NCBI GenBank assembly: GCA_029781035.1
Contig: JAKOXK010000069.1
Location: forward strand, 26,266-90,265
From: Armatimonadota bacterium
GTDB lineage: Bacteria > Armatimonadota > Fimbriimonadia > Fimbriimonadales > Fimbriimonadaceae
DNA: 64,000 bases
Reading direction: 5' to 3'
A program made the translations under genes and the position numbers. This document shows, in pieces, positions 18,987 through 27,811 of the stretch; the first letter of the stretch is position 1, and each line of letters opens with the position of its first letter. Under the pieces are notes generated by a model. The model was not told where the DNA came from. It searched no databases and saw only the letters and a list, made by a program, of their open reading frames with translations.

Positions 18987-21245
18987 CTAGTGAGGCGGCC
19001 GCTGACCGGGACCGAACCGGACGGTCCTGCCTTTGGACATCTCGTCCTTTGCCTTGGCGACAGCGTTCCGGAACCCGGATGGCAGCTTGTCAAATGTGAC
19101 CGTGGACGAGCCTGGCACCAGCCAACCGTCAGCGTAGTTGGACACGGCTGGCCTTCCCGCGATGAACTCCCGCGTCATGACGATAGAGTTTCCCTGTGCG
19201 GCTGTGAACCGGTCAAAACCAGGGATCTTCAGGTCGACGTCCTGGAACCGACCACTCGACTGGGCCGACTGCATCGTGCCGAGGCCCTCAGCGCTGAGGA
19301 ACTCACCGCCGCGGGAGCCGCTGACGGCCGCAAAGACGAGGTCTGCAGACGTGAACTGCAGCGTTATCGTAGCCAGTGCTGGCAGACCGTCGGGCATGGC
19401 TTCGGTCGGTTCGTTGGCCAGGGTTGGCCCGGCCTCACGGCTCGGGCTGGGGCCGGGGCCATCGGTGACGCTGATGCCGACAAAGTCGCCTTGACCGATG
19501 ATTCCGCCGATGGTGTCGCCTCCAAAGGCCACCGCCTCCATATCGCGGCGCTGCTCCGAGTTCATCCCCAGAATCTGGAACTTCGTCTCTCCGGTCGATC
19601 GGTTGAATGCGTTCTCACCCAGAGTCGCCAGGAACTGGAAGAGCTGTGGGTTCGACCCAATGTTGTGGCTCAGGTCGGAAGCGGCGTAGGGATCCAGCAG
19701 TTTGAGCACGACGACGCCGAAGTTGGTCGTTTTGGGGTTTTGCCCGAGCGACAATGAGAACTTAGCGAGGTCGTACAGGCGAGGATAGCCTCTGCGAACG
19801 ATTGTCCCGAAGAGGGCCGTTGCGGCGTTCCGATCCATCTGTTCAGCCGATTGCTCCAGCCGGTCAGCTGGCGTTGCGACGATCCAACCGTCCGAGAGCT
19901 GAAGCCGGGTCAGGTTGGAAGACAATCCATTCCACACCGAGGAGGGCTTGCACCCGGTAACGGCCACGCGGGCCAGGGGCACCAAGGCTGCGTCGGGAAG
20001 CGAACCGACGAAGTTCACACCGGCGGCCTTGACTGCCCCAAGAACAAGGTCACTGCAAAACGTGGACTGAGGGTCTGACTGCGACGGATTCGAGAGGCAG
20101 GCCAGTGCTTCTGCACTGAGTGACGGTCCCGGCATGGGGCCGTTTGTCGAGAGCGTCACGAAACCGCTCTTGGATCCGATCGTCATCTCGTTCGACGAGT
20201 TGGACGTGGAACCTTGGCTCGAAACCAGGGCCTTGGCGATCTCCTGAGACAAGGCGCTACACGGAATCGTGTCGTCATGGGTGACTTTGACGGCTGGGTT
20301 GGCTTCCGGTATTTGGTCTTCAGGCGAGAGCCAACGATAGGCTTGACCCATGATGTTCCCGCTCGCGTCCGAGAACTGGACCTCGACCGTCACTCCAGGG
20401 TCCGAAGAGCGACGGGTGAGGATCACGAGGACCTTGCCCTGGACGCTATTGATCGGTTTGGCGGCGAGGTCAAGCCCGCCGTTCACGGTGATGTTGTCGG
20501 GTGCTGCTGGACCGGAACTCGCGGCAGCAGCGAGCACGTTCTGAGCCTGAACGAATTTGTCGATCAACGACTGTGCTGAGATTGGCAGGCTCTTTTGCAT
20601 CCGGGTTGGCCGAGACGAGTAGACCACCCGCTGTCCGGCGCCCAAGCTCGCGATCGAGTCCACCGGGAGTTTGGCCAGGACTTCCATCAACGCCGAAGTC
20701 GCCGGAGTGACGTCGTTCGAGGAACCTTTTGTGATGTGGACCTGATGGTCCAGGATGTTCGGATCGTTCTGCTTCAGATGGTCGAGGAGCTGCTGGCGCG
20801 AGTCGATCTCGGCTTTCACAAGCTCGGCCGCCCTCTTCGAGTCCCACGTGGCATCGGCCTTATGGCTGTCTGTATAGGACTGGATCGCTTTCGCCATTCC
20901 GTCCCGACGTTTTGCATACTCCAGGGAGGCCACTTCGCGCCACTTGTCGGTGTCGCGATCGAGCCGAAATCCATCCTTGACCGTCACCCATTTGCCGACC
21001 GTCGCCTCGGCGATCTTGTCCATGACCATACGTTGAGTGCCATCGTGGACGGAGACGAGGAGAGTCTCGTTCCCGAACACCGGACTCGCGGTCAACTTCT
21101 GCCCCATCTTCGTGGAGAGCTTCTCCAAGACCTTGGCAACAGGCGCTGACTCAGATTCGAAGGTCAGCTTCTGGACGGTCTCCTGCTGGGCGAGGCTCAT
21201 ATTTGTCGCCACTGCGAGGATTGTGATGAGGAAGAGACGTTTCAC
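18987..21245 (-). CDS. Large secreted protein of unknown function, paralog family member 1 (STN-like N-terminal module)
   Basis: Signal peptide MKRLFLITILAVATNMSLAQQ. Collinear similarity to 50562..52688 and 52766..55264, for example APVAKVLEKLSTKMGQKLTASPVFGNETLLVSVHD, GQRVVYSSRPTRMQKSLP and DGWIVATPADRLEQSAEQMDRNAATALFGTIVRRGYPRLYDLAKF. Confidence 0.75.
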   Translation of the reverse strand: MKRLFLITILAVATNMSLAQQETVQKLTFESESAPVAKVLEKLSTKMGQKLTASPVFGNETLLVSVHDGTQRMVMDKIAEATVGKWVTVKDGFRLDRDTDKWREVASLEYAKRRDGMAKAIQSYTDSHKADATWDSKRAAELVKAEIDSRQQLLDHLKQNDPNILDHQVHITKGSSNDVTPATSALMEVLAKLPVDSIASLGAGQRVVYSSRPTRMQKSLPISAQSLIDKFVQAQNVLAAAASSGPAAPDNITVNGGLDLAAKPINSVQGKVLVILTRRSSDPGVTVEVQFSDASGNIMGQAYRWLSPEDQIPEANPAVKVTHDDTIPCSALSQEIAKALVSSQGSTSNSSNEMTIGSKSGFVTLSTNGPMPGPSLSAEALACLSNPSQSDPQSTFCSDLVLGAVKAAGVNFVGSLPDAALVPLARVAVTGCKPSSVWNGLSSNLTRLQLSDGWIVATPADRLEQSAEQMDRNAATALFGTIVRRGYPRLYDLAKFSLSLGQNPKTTNFGVVVLKLLDPYAASDLSHNIGSNPQLFQFLATLGENAFNRSTGETKFQILGMNSEQRRDMEAVAFGGDTIGGIIGQGDFVGISVTDGPGPSPSREAGPTLANEPTEAMPDGLPALATITLQFTSADLVFAAVSGSRGGEFLSAEGLGTMQSAQSSGRFQDVDLKIPGFDRFTAAQGNSIVMTREFIAGRPAVSNYADGWLVPGSSTVTFDKLPSGFRNAVAKAKDEMSKGRTVRFGPGQRPPH

Positions 21246-21414
21246 GATCCTACTATACGCACTTCTAGGGGCCCCAGAGTTCCACCCCGCCGTTCTGCCG
21301 GGTGTGGGCCCTGGGCGTCAGTCGCCGTGGCTCGTCAGTGGTATAACCAGGAAGGCTCCTCAACGGCGCGGCGCCTCTGGACCTCTTCCGAGAACCACAC
21401 AACCAGGGATTTTC

Positions 21415-22431
21415 ATGGCCAAAGCCAAGCTGGACCACAAGGTCGAATCGCCCGCGCTCATCGAGGACTTCTACCGCCAAATGTTGCTGATTCGGCACTT
21501 CGAAGAGAAGTGCAACTTTGCCTATCGGCAAGGGAAGGTCGGGGGCTATATGCATGTCTACATCGGCATGGAGGCCACCGCCGTTGGAATCAACCACGCT
21601 TTGCGCCCTGGCTGGGACTATGTGATGGCGGCCTATCGTGACCATCCCCAACCCTTGTTGATGGGCGCCGACCCTGTTAGCGTGATGGCAGAGATCATGG
21701 GCCGGAAAGGCGGGCTCAGCAAAGGTAAGGGCGGTTCGATGCACATCTACGACATCGAGCGCGGGTTCTTCGGAGGATGGGGGATCGTCGGCGGACACAC
21801 GGCCCTAGGCACGGGACTGGCCTTTGCTGCCAAGTATAGAGGGGAGGATCGCGTGACAGTCTGCTATCTGGGTGACGGCGCGGCGAACGCAGGTGTCTTC
21901 TTTGAGGTCATGAACATGGCCTCCCTTTGGGACTTGCCCATCATCTACGTCATCGAGAACAACGAGTTTGCGATGGGCACCCGCCTTGAATACCACGCCT
22001 CGGACACCGAGTTATGGAAACGGGGCTTGCCGTTCGGGATCGAAAGTGAGCGCATCGACGGAATGGATGTGTTGCAGGTAGCGAAGGACGCCGCCCGCAT
22101 CGTCGAGCGGGTTCGGTCCACATCGCGGCCCTGTGTCCTTGAGGTGATGAACTACCGGTTCGCGGGTCATGGAGCTGCCGACAACGACCGCCGTCTCTAC
22201 CGAACTGCCGAGGAGGAAGAGGCAGCCTATCAGCGGGATCCGCTTCCCCGGTTGGAGAGGGTCATGTTGGAGACGAACGCGATGACGCGGGAGAAAATGG
22301 AAGCGATCGACGAGGAGATCAAGGCCCAAGTGGACAAGATTTATGAGGCCGCAGACGCGATTCCCTTCCCAGACCCCGCCGAGGTGTACGCCGATGTGTA
22401 CACCGACATGGAACCTGAAAAGGGTCACTGA
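21415..22431 (+). CDS. pdhA: 2-oxoacid (pyruvate) dehydrogenase E1 component, alpha subunit
   Basis: Start moved to ATG 21415 (MAKAKLDHKVESPALIEDFYRQMLLIRHFEEK). TPP-binding region GDGAANAGVFFEVMNMASLWDLPIIYVIENNEFAMGT. Confidence 0.85.
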   Translation: MAKAKLDHKVESPALIEDFYRQMLLIRHFEEKCNFAYRQGKVGGYMHVYIGMEATAVGINHALRPGWDYVMAAYRDHPQPLLMGADPVSVMAEIMGRKGGLSKGKGGSMHIYDIERGFFGGWGIVGGHTALGTGLAFAAKYRGEDRVTVCYLGDGAANAGVFFEVMNMASLWDLPIIYVIENNEFAMGTRLEYHASDTELWKRGLPFGIESERIDGMDVLQVAKDAARIVERVRSTSRPCVLEVMNYRFAGHGAADNDRRLYRTAEEEEAAYQRDPLPRLERVMLETNAMTREKMEAIDEEIKAQVDKIYEAADAIPFPDPAEVYADVYTDMEPEKGH

Positions 22432-22439
22432 AGCTGGCG

Positions 22440-23378
22440 TTAGCGTCTGACGTTGAAGGAGAGAAGGGCGTCCCTGCAAACTTGCGTCGTGGCGGTCAGT
22501 GCCTCCTCAATCTCCTCGGCCGAAAACGGCAACCCCTCGAGAAGGCTCTCGATTTGCAGGGGCGGTGGCGACCAAGCGATGACGGGGTACTTGTTCGCCG
22601 TCGCGAGTATGTCGGCCAATCGTAGTACGCGAAGGTCGTTGATCGGCCCGGTTTCGGCTACTTCCGAGTCCAATTGGCAGACTAGGGCGATCAGAACATC
22701 AGACAGGCCCATGGACCGGAAGACGTCTTGCGAAGCTTCGCCGAATCGTCTGCCGAAGAGCACGTGGAACTGCTGGGCCAACGACCTTTGGTTCGAGACA
22801 GCCTGGAGGTAGATCTTCTCAAACAGGCCCGGCCACTCGACGCTGAGAAGCCTCATGGGCACTTCGTGCAGGATTCCCGCGGAAAACGCCTCGTCCGACG
22901 TGGTGTTGAAACGGATCTTGTGTTTTCGTTCAGCGAGGGTGTGCAAGTACTTGGCCAAGATGGCGACGAAGAGACTATGGCTAATGAACTTGTCGTCTTC
23001 CCACTTCGACGAGGGACTCGGCCGTGCCGAAGCCGAACGGAGGATCCCGATTTGAGCGAGCGTTCGGGCCGTTTTCGCGCCGATCACGGTGAGCGCTGTC
23101 GCAATGTTGGACACGTTCTGCCGGCCGTACGAGGCGCTCGAGGCTGTCTTCAAAATGACTGTGGTCAGCACTGGATCGGCCGAGACCGCTTTGACGACCT
23201 CAGGTCCGGCAAGGTCACCGGCGTCCACGAGTTGGACGAACTTTTGGCACGCTATCGGCATTACGGGGACGTTCGAAGAGTCGCGCATCTTCTCGACGAC
23301 GCGTTCATAGGTCGATGCGACGAGAGTCTTCGCCGTGTCTGCTTGCTTCTGTCCTTCGTTACCTAGGCGCGATGTCAT
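22440..23378 (-). CDS. HDOD domain-containing signalling protein
   Basis: VKAVSADPVLTTVILKTASSASYGRQNVSNIATALTVIGAKTARTLA is a typical HDOD core. Start taken at ATG 23378 (MTSRLGNEG). Confidence 0.7.
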   Translation of the reverse strand: MTSRLGNEGQKQADTAKTLVASTYERVVEKMRDSSNVPVMPIACQKFVQLVDAGDLAGPEVVKAVSADPVLTTVILKTASSASYGRQNVSNIATALTVIGAKTARTLAQIGILRSASARPSPSSKWEDDKFISHSLFVAILAKYLHTLAERKHKIRFNTTSDEAFSAGILHEVPMRLLSVEWPGLFEKIYLQAVSNQRSLAQQFHVLFGRRFGEASQDVFRSMGLSDVLIALVCQLDSEVAETGPINDLRVLRLADILATANKYPVIAWSPPPLQIESLLEGLPFSAEEIEEALTATTQVCRDALLSFNVRR

Positions 23379-23681
23379 ATCGTTATCAAGGTCAGTTTTC
23401 CCCAAGATCAGCAAGAAAAGTGGGCTTGGACCTGACCGACCGGCACCACTATCATTGATTGTCGGGTCGCGACATTCCTTACATGACGGAGATATGCATA
23501 TTCTTGTCATTCTCATCCGCGCTTGTCAGGTTCGGGGCCATTGGTCAGCCCGTTGAGCAAACTGGCCGGTCCAGCTGCGTCTTCCACTGTCCGGGTATCT
23601 TGGTGGCCTGGATCGGGCAATGGCGCCCGGCGAAGGGACTCCGCGCTCATGAGCCCAGGGGGTCCTGACCTTGAGAAGCCC

Positions 23682-24665
23682 ATGCCAGCGACCATTGATA
23701 CCACCTACCGTGACGCTATTCACCGTGCCATCGACGAAGAGATGGAGCGGAACCCCGACGTCTTCCTGATCGGGGAGGACATCGGGCGGTACGAGGGAAC
23801 ATTCAAGGTCACCAAGGGTTTCTGGCCCAAATATGGCGAGCGCCGCGTCGTGGACACTCCCATTGTCGAACCAGGGTTCACGGGTATCGCCATCGGTGCC
23901 GCGATGACTGGGTTGCGTCCCATCGTCGAGATGATGACAATGTCCTTCTCGATCTTGGCGCTCGATCAGATTATCAACCACGCGGCCAAGATCCACTACA
24001 TGACGGGGGGGCAGGCCAAGGTGCCTCTGGTAGTCCGTGGACCGGGGGGCGCAGCCAAACAGCTTTCTGCCCAACACTCGCACTCGCTTGAAGGCTGGTA
24101 CGCTCATGTCCCTGGCCTCAAGGTCGTGGCGCCGTCGACCGTCGAAGACGCCTACGGCATGCTGAAGTCGGCCGTCTGGGACGACAACCCCGTCATCTTC
24201 ACGGAGAACCCCGGACTCTACACGCTGAAGGGTTCGATCCCTGACGACAAGGACTTCTCGGTACCGTTTGGCAAGGCACAAGTCCTGCGTGAGGGCACCG
24301 ACCTGTCACTCATCGGCTATTCGCGAATGACACAGGTGAACCTGGCCACCGCTGAGCGGCTGTCAGAAGAAGGCATCGATGCCGAAGTCGTGGACGTCCG
24401 TTCTCTCTTGCCTTTGGACACCGACACCATCTTCGAATCGGTGCGTAAGACTCACCGCGCCGTGGTCGTCTACGAGGATTGGAAGTCAGGAGGCTTCGGG
24501 GCCGAGATCGCCGCGAGGATCGGTGAGGAGTGCTTTGACGATCTCGACGCGCCCGTGGGCCGGGTCGGCGGGCTCAACGTACCGATGCCGTATGCACGGG
24601 TTCTGGAGCTTGAGTGCATCCCCGACGTGGAAAACGTCATCGCTGCCGTCCGAAGGCTGGTCTGA
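23682..24665 (+). CDS. pdhB: 2-oxoacid (pyruvate) dehydrogenase E1 component, beta subunit
   Basis: Start moved to ATG 23682 (MPATIDTTYRDAIHRAIDEEMERNPDVFLIGEDIG). VVDTPIVEPGFTGIAIGAAMTGLRPIVE marks the transketolase-like fold. Confidence 0.9.
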   Translation: MPATIDTTYRDAIHRAIDEEMERNPDVFLIGEDIGRYEGTFKVTKGFWPKYGERRVVDTPIVEPGFTGIAIGAAMTGLRPIVEMMTMSFSILALDQIINHAAKIHYMTGGQAKVPLVVRGPGGAAKQLSAQHSHSLEGWYAHVPGLKVVAPSTVEDAYGMLKSAVWDDNPVIFTENPGLYTLKGSIPDDKDFSVPFGKAQVLREGTDLSLIGYSRMTQVNLATAERLSEEGIDAEVVDVRSLLPLDTDTIFESVRKTHRAVVVYEDWKSGGFGAEIAARIGEECFDDLDAPVGRVGGLNVPMPYARVLELECIPDVENVIAAVRRLV

Positions 24666-24714
24666 ACCAGTGGCCGTCGGCTAGGCTAGTGGGCCCCTGC
24701 CTGATGCCGAGTCG

Positions 24715-25548
24715 GTGCCGTCCAGAGGTACAACCCGGCCCGTGAAGCTCTCCCAAACCTGGCGACAGTGTGCCGGTCTGTTCAGGATCTACATCCAGGA
24801 CGGACTTGCGTACAAGGCGTCCGGCATCATCTGGGTCTTCACAGACGTGGCGACGGCCATCACGATGCCGCTCGTTTGGATCGCGGCGAGCAAGAGTGGA
24901 TCGATCCGCGGCTTCACGGGCAGTGACCTCGTCCTCTATTACTTGTGTCTCTTGATGCTCACCAGCTTCATCGTGTGCCATTTCATGTGGGACATCAGCA
25001 ACGAGATTCGAGAAGGCGTCTTTTCGGCCCACATCATCCGCCCAGTCCCCTATCTCAGGTTCATCATGGTCAGGAACCTCGCGTGGCGGTGCGTGCGCAG
25101 CCTGATCTTTTTTCCTTGGTTCGTGGTGATCCTCTGGTTCTATAGCAGTGCGATCCAGGCTCCACATCTGAACTTGAGCTGGACGTTCTGGTGCTCGGTG
25201 CTCCTCGGACACTTGGTGAGCGTCACTATGGTGACGGCCCTTGCCATGATCGCCCTGTTCACCCAAGAAGCACAGGCCATCTTTGAGCTCTACTATTTCC
25301 CGATGTTGTTCCTGAGTGGGCAGATGTTCCCCCTGGCTCTCTTCCCACCCTGGGTCAAACAGCTTTCGACCTTCCTTCCGTTCTACTACACGACGGGCGC
25401 CCCGACGGAAATCCTCATCGGTCGAACCACAGGAGACCGGGTGCTTTTCGTCTTGGGAATGCAGTTGACTTGGGTCGTGCTGTCTGTGCTCGCCTTCAAA
25501 GTCCTCCATCGCAGGGGGATGCGCCACTACGCCAGCGTCGGCATGTAG
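24715..25548 (+). CDS. ABC-2-type transporter permease (ABC2_membrane_6-like)
   Basis: 6-TM hydrophobic protein. The N-terminal LFRIYIQDGLAYKASGIIWVFTDV resembles ABC-2 permeases. No partner ATPase in the window. GTG start. Confidence 0.5.
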   Translation: MPSRGTTRPVKLSQTWRQCAGLFRIYIQDGLAYKASGIIWVFTDVATAITMPLVWIAASKSGSIRGFTGSDLVLYYLCLLMLTSFIVCHFMWDISNEIREGVFSAHIIRPVPYLRFIMVRNLAWRCVRSLIFFPWFVVILWFYSSAIQAPHLNLSWTFWCSVLLGHLVSVTMVTALAMIALFTQEAQAIFELYYFPMLFLSGQMFPLALFPPWVKQLSTFLPFYYTTGAPTEILIGRTTGDRVLFVLGMQLTWVVLSVLAFKVLHRRGMRHYASVGM

Positions 25549-25641
25549 AGTCAGCGCATCGAAATCCTACGATCTTGATCGAACCACAGCAGACGACGCG
25601 CAATCGAAACCATAATCCGTCTGATCAGAGTAGGCAATTCC

Positions 25642-26931
25642 ATGCGTCGTCCATTCACCGCCGCCCTCATCGTCGTCGCTTGCACCGCTTCAGCCCAATG
25701 GACAGATGTCCACCGACTTGGGAACGGCGGAGAGACTTACGTGTCGACCGATGGGGCGGGCATGGTGTACGTGTCCTCCCACATTCCCGTCCAGGTCATG
25801 GTCAGCCATGATTGGGGTGCCACGTTCGAGGACAAGAAGGAGTTCGACAACGCCTTGGGTGACATGCTGGTTTACGCTCGGCCAAAGGGTAAAGCGATCA
25901 TCGCCTACATGTACCCCCTCGGTACGGCGGGAATGGCCACTTGGAACACAGACGACTACGGCAAGACCTGGACTCAAGGCGACGGGATCAAGGGTCGCCC
26001 CCTCGACCGCGAATGGGTGACGACAGATGAGTCGACAGGTGCCGCCTACATGATCTACTCCGACGGGTACATCGGTGGACCACGGTCCAAAGGTGTGTTC
26101 GTCTCCAAGTCCATGGATGGTGGGCTGACGTGGAAAGAAGTTGGTCGCGTCGACAAGGAGGCGGCCGGTGACTCACCTGTCGACCCCCACCTGGTGTCGT
26201 CGTCTGATGGCAAGCTCTATGGTCTCTGGACCACTTCCAAGGACTACAACACGATCGACACGTACAAGTTCGCCTGTTCGACGGATGGCGGCAAGACGTG
26301 GACCGACCACACGACCCTGGGCACGATCAGCAAGCTCCCTGGGGCCGACACTCAAGAGCGGTGGATGCTGGGTGGCCTCGCGGCCAGTGGGAAGAGCGAC
26401 GTCCTCGCCTTCTACGTCGACTACGAGGTCGTGGAAGCGGGCGGCAAGAAGAACTTGTGCCTGCTTGTCCACACGAGGGTCAGCCACGACGCGGGAAAGA
26501 CATGGTCGGCTCCTAAAAGGATCGTTCCCGACGAGGAACTCAGGAAGACCCTGGTGGACCGGATCAAGGCCAAGTTGGCCGACGAGAACTTTCCCAATTA
26601 CATCCAGTGCCTTTCCTGGGCTTGCTACGACGCCACCGGAGTTCCCCACATCATTTGGCAAGATAATCGAGATGGTCAAGGGTCGATCGGAGGTCACGCC
26701 TACGGCAGATGGCAGGTTCGGCACGCTAAGGGGAATGCTGACGGTGTGTTCGACTACTCCGAACGCGTCAGTCACAGCATCGTCTGCAAACGGCCGCCCC
26801 TTGACTTCATCTGCTGCGCTGCCGACTCCAAGTATTTGTACGTCACGTGGACCGAAACACCGGAGAACGCTGGCGACTGGAACTTCAGTGGCGAGTTCTG
26901 GTTCGGCAGAAAGGAACTCGCAGCCAAGTAG
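25642..26931 (+). CDS. BNR/Asp-box repeat (sialidase-like beta-propeller) secreted protein
   Basis: Signal peptide MRRPFTAALIVVACTASAQ. Five Asp-boxes: SHDWGATF, TDDYGKTW, SMDGGLTW, STDGGKTW, SHDAGKTW. Confidence 0.8.
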   Translation: MRRPFTAALIVVACTASAQWTDVHRLGNGGETYVSTDGAGMVYVSSHIPVQVMVSHDWGATFEDKKEFDNALGDMLVYARPKGKAIIAYMYPLGTAGMATWNTDDYGKTWTQGDGIKGRPLDREWVTTDESTGAAYMIYSDGYIGGPRSKGVFVSKSMDGGLTWKEVGRVDKEAAGDSPVDPHLVSSSDGKLYGLWTTSKDYNTIDTYKFACSTDGGKTWTDHTTLGTISKLPGADTQERWMLGGLAASGKSDVLAFYVDYEVVEAGGKKNLCLLVHTRVSHDAGKTWSAPKRIVPDEELRKTLVDRIKAKLADENFPNYIQCLSWACYDATGVPHIIWQDNRDGQGSIGGHAYGRWQVRHAKGNADGVFDYSERVSHSIVCKRPPLDFICCAADSKYLYVTWTETPENAGDWNFSGEFWFGRKELAAK

Positions 26932-27049
26932 ACACGTCGGTTCCTGCCTCCAACCAGGGTCTTGCAGGTCAAGTCACTTGGCTCGGGTTAGTGTTCTCTG
27001 ATGGAACTAACCGATCGACCGGACCATTCCGGTCGGCGAGTGGATTGAC

Positions 27050-27700
27050 ATGAAACCCCTTGCTCTTTTTGCCGTTGCTGCCTTGACCCTGACCGCCGGA
27101 ATCCTCTGGCTTGCAGGCTGCGCTGGATCGGGCGGGCCGATCGGGGGAACCACAGGTGGGGGTGGAGGAGGCCTGACCGGTGGAACCACGGGTGGCACTA
27201 CAGGGGGCACCACGGGCGGTACCACGGGAGGCACCACGGGAGGCACGACGGGCGGTACCACGGGAGGCACCACGGGAGGCACTACAGGGGGCACTACGGG
27301 GGGCACTACGGGCGGCACCACGGGCGGCACTACGGGCGGAACCACGGGAGGGACAACCGGAGGGACAACAGGCGGCGGTGGAGGCGGCGGAACCACCAAC
27401 ATCGACATGGTCGCGGGACAGCTCTACTCGCCGACCACAGCTAACGTGACCGCGGGCCAGACTCTGACATGGATCAACACGGACACAATGCCCCACACGG
27501 TAACGCCGGACACGGCTGGCGGGCCTGACTCGTCGACGGCATTTACCGGTGGAACCATGCTTCAGGGCGACGTCTACACGTGGACGGTTCCCAATGTCGC
27601 CACGGGCACCAAGATCTATTACCACTGTTTGTTCCACGGTTCGGCCGGTAACGGCTCGAGCTTCGGTACCGGGATGGTCGGCCTTCTGATCGTCCAGTGA
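27050..27700 (+). CDS. Lipoprotein cupredoxin (plastocyanin/azurin-like) with long Gly/Thr linker
   Basis: Lipobox LWLAGC. The C-terminal domain has candidate type-1 Cu ligands: PHTV, YHCLFH (C-x2-H) and GTGM. Residues 32-120 are (GGTT)n. Confidence 0.8.
   Translation: MKPLALFAVAALTLTAGILWLAGCAGSGGPIGGTTGGGGGGLTGGTTGGTTGGTTGGTTGGTTGGTTGGTTGGTTGGTTGGTTGGTTGGTTGGTTGGTTGGTTGGTTGGGGGGGTTNIDMVAGQLYSPTTANVTAGQTLTWINTDTMPHTVTPDTAGGPDSSTAFTGGTMLQGDVYTWTVPNVATGTKIYYHCLFHGSAGNGSSFGTGMVGLLIVQ
27143..27409 (+). repeat. Coding 12-nt tandem repeat encoding (GGTT)n linker
   Basis: About 17 consecutive GGTT units plus flanking G-runs by hand count. Mirrored on the opposite strand as the (PPVV)n shadow ORF 27007..27408. 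Confidence 0.9.
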
Positions 27701-27811
27701 GCCCGTGTTCGGGCCGCTTCCCCGGTGTCAGGCAAACGACTCCCGCCGTGGGACCGAGAAGGAAGCGGCCCCGGCAACTCCGCGGGCCTGCCGGGCGTCT
27801 AGAATGTCGTC

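Noticed and set aside
27007-27408. 133-aa minus-strand ORF encoding (PPVV)n
   Set aside because: Exact complement of the (GGTT)n coding repeat of the cupredoxin lipoprotein. The plus-strand gene has a lipobox and Cu-ligand motifs.
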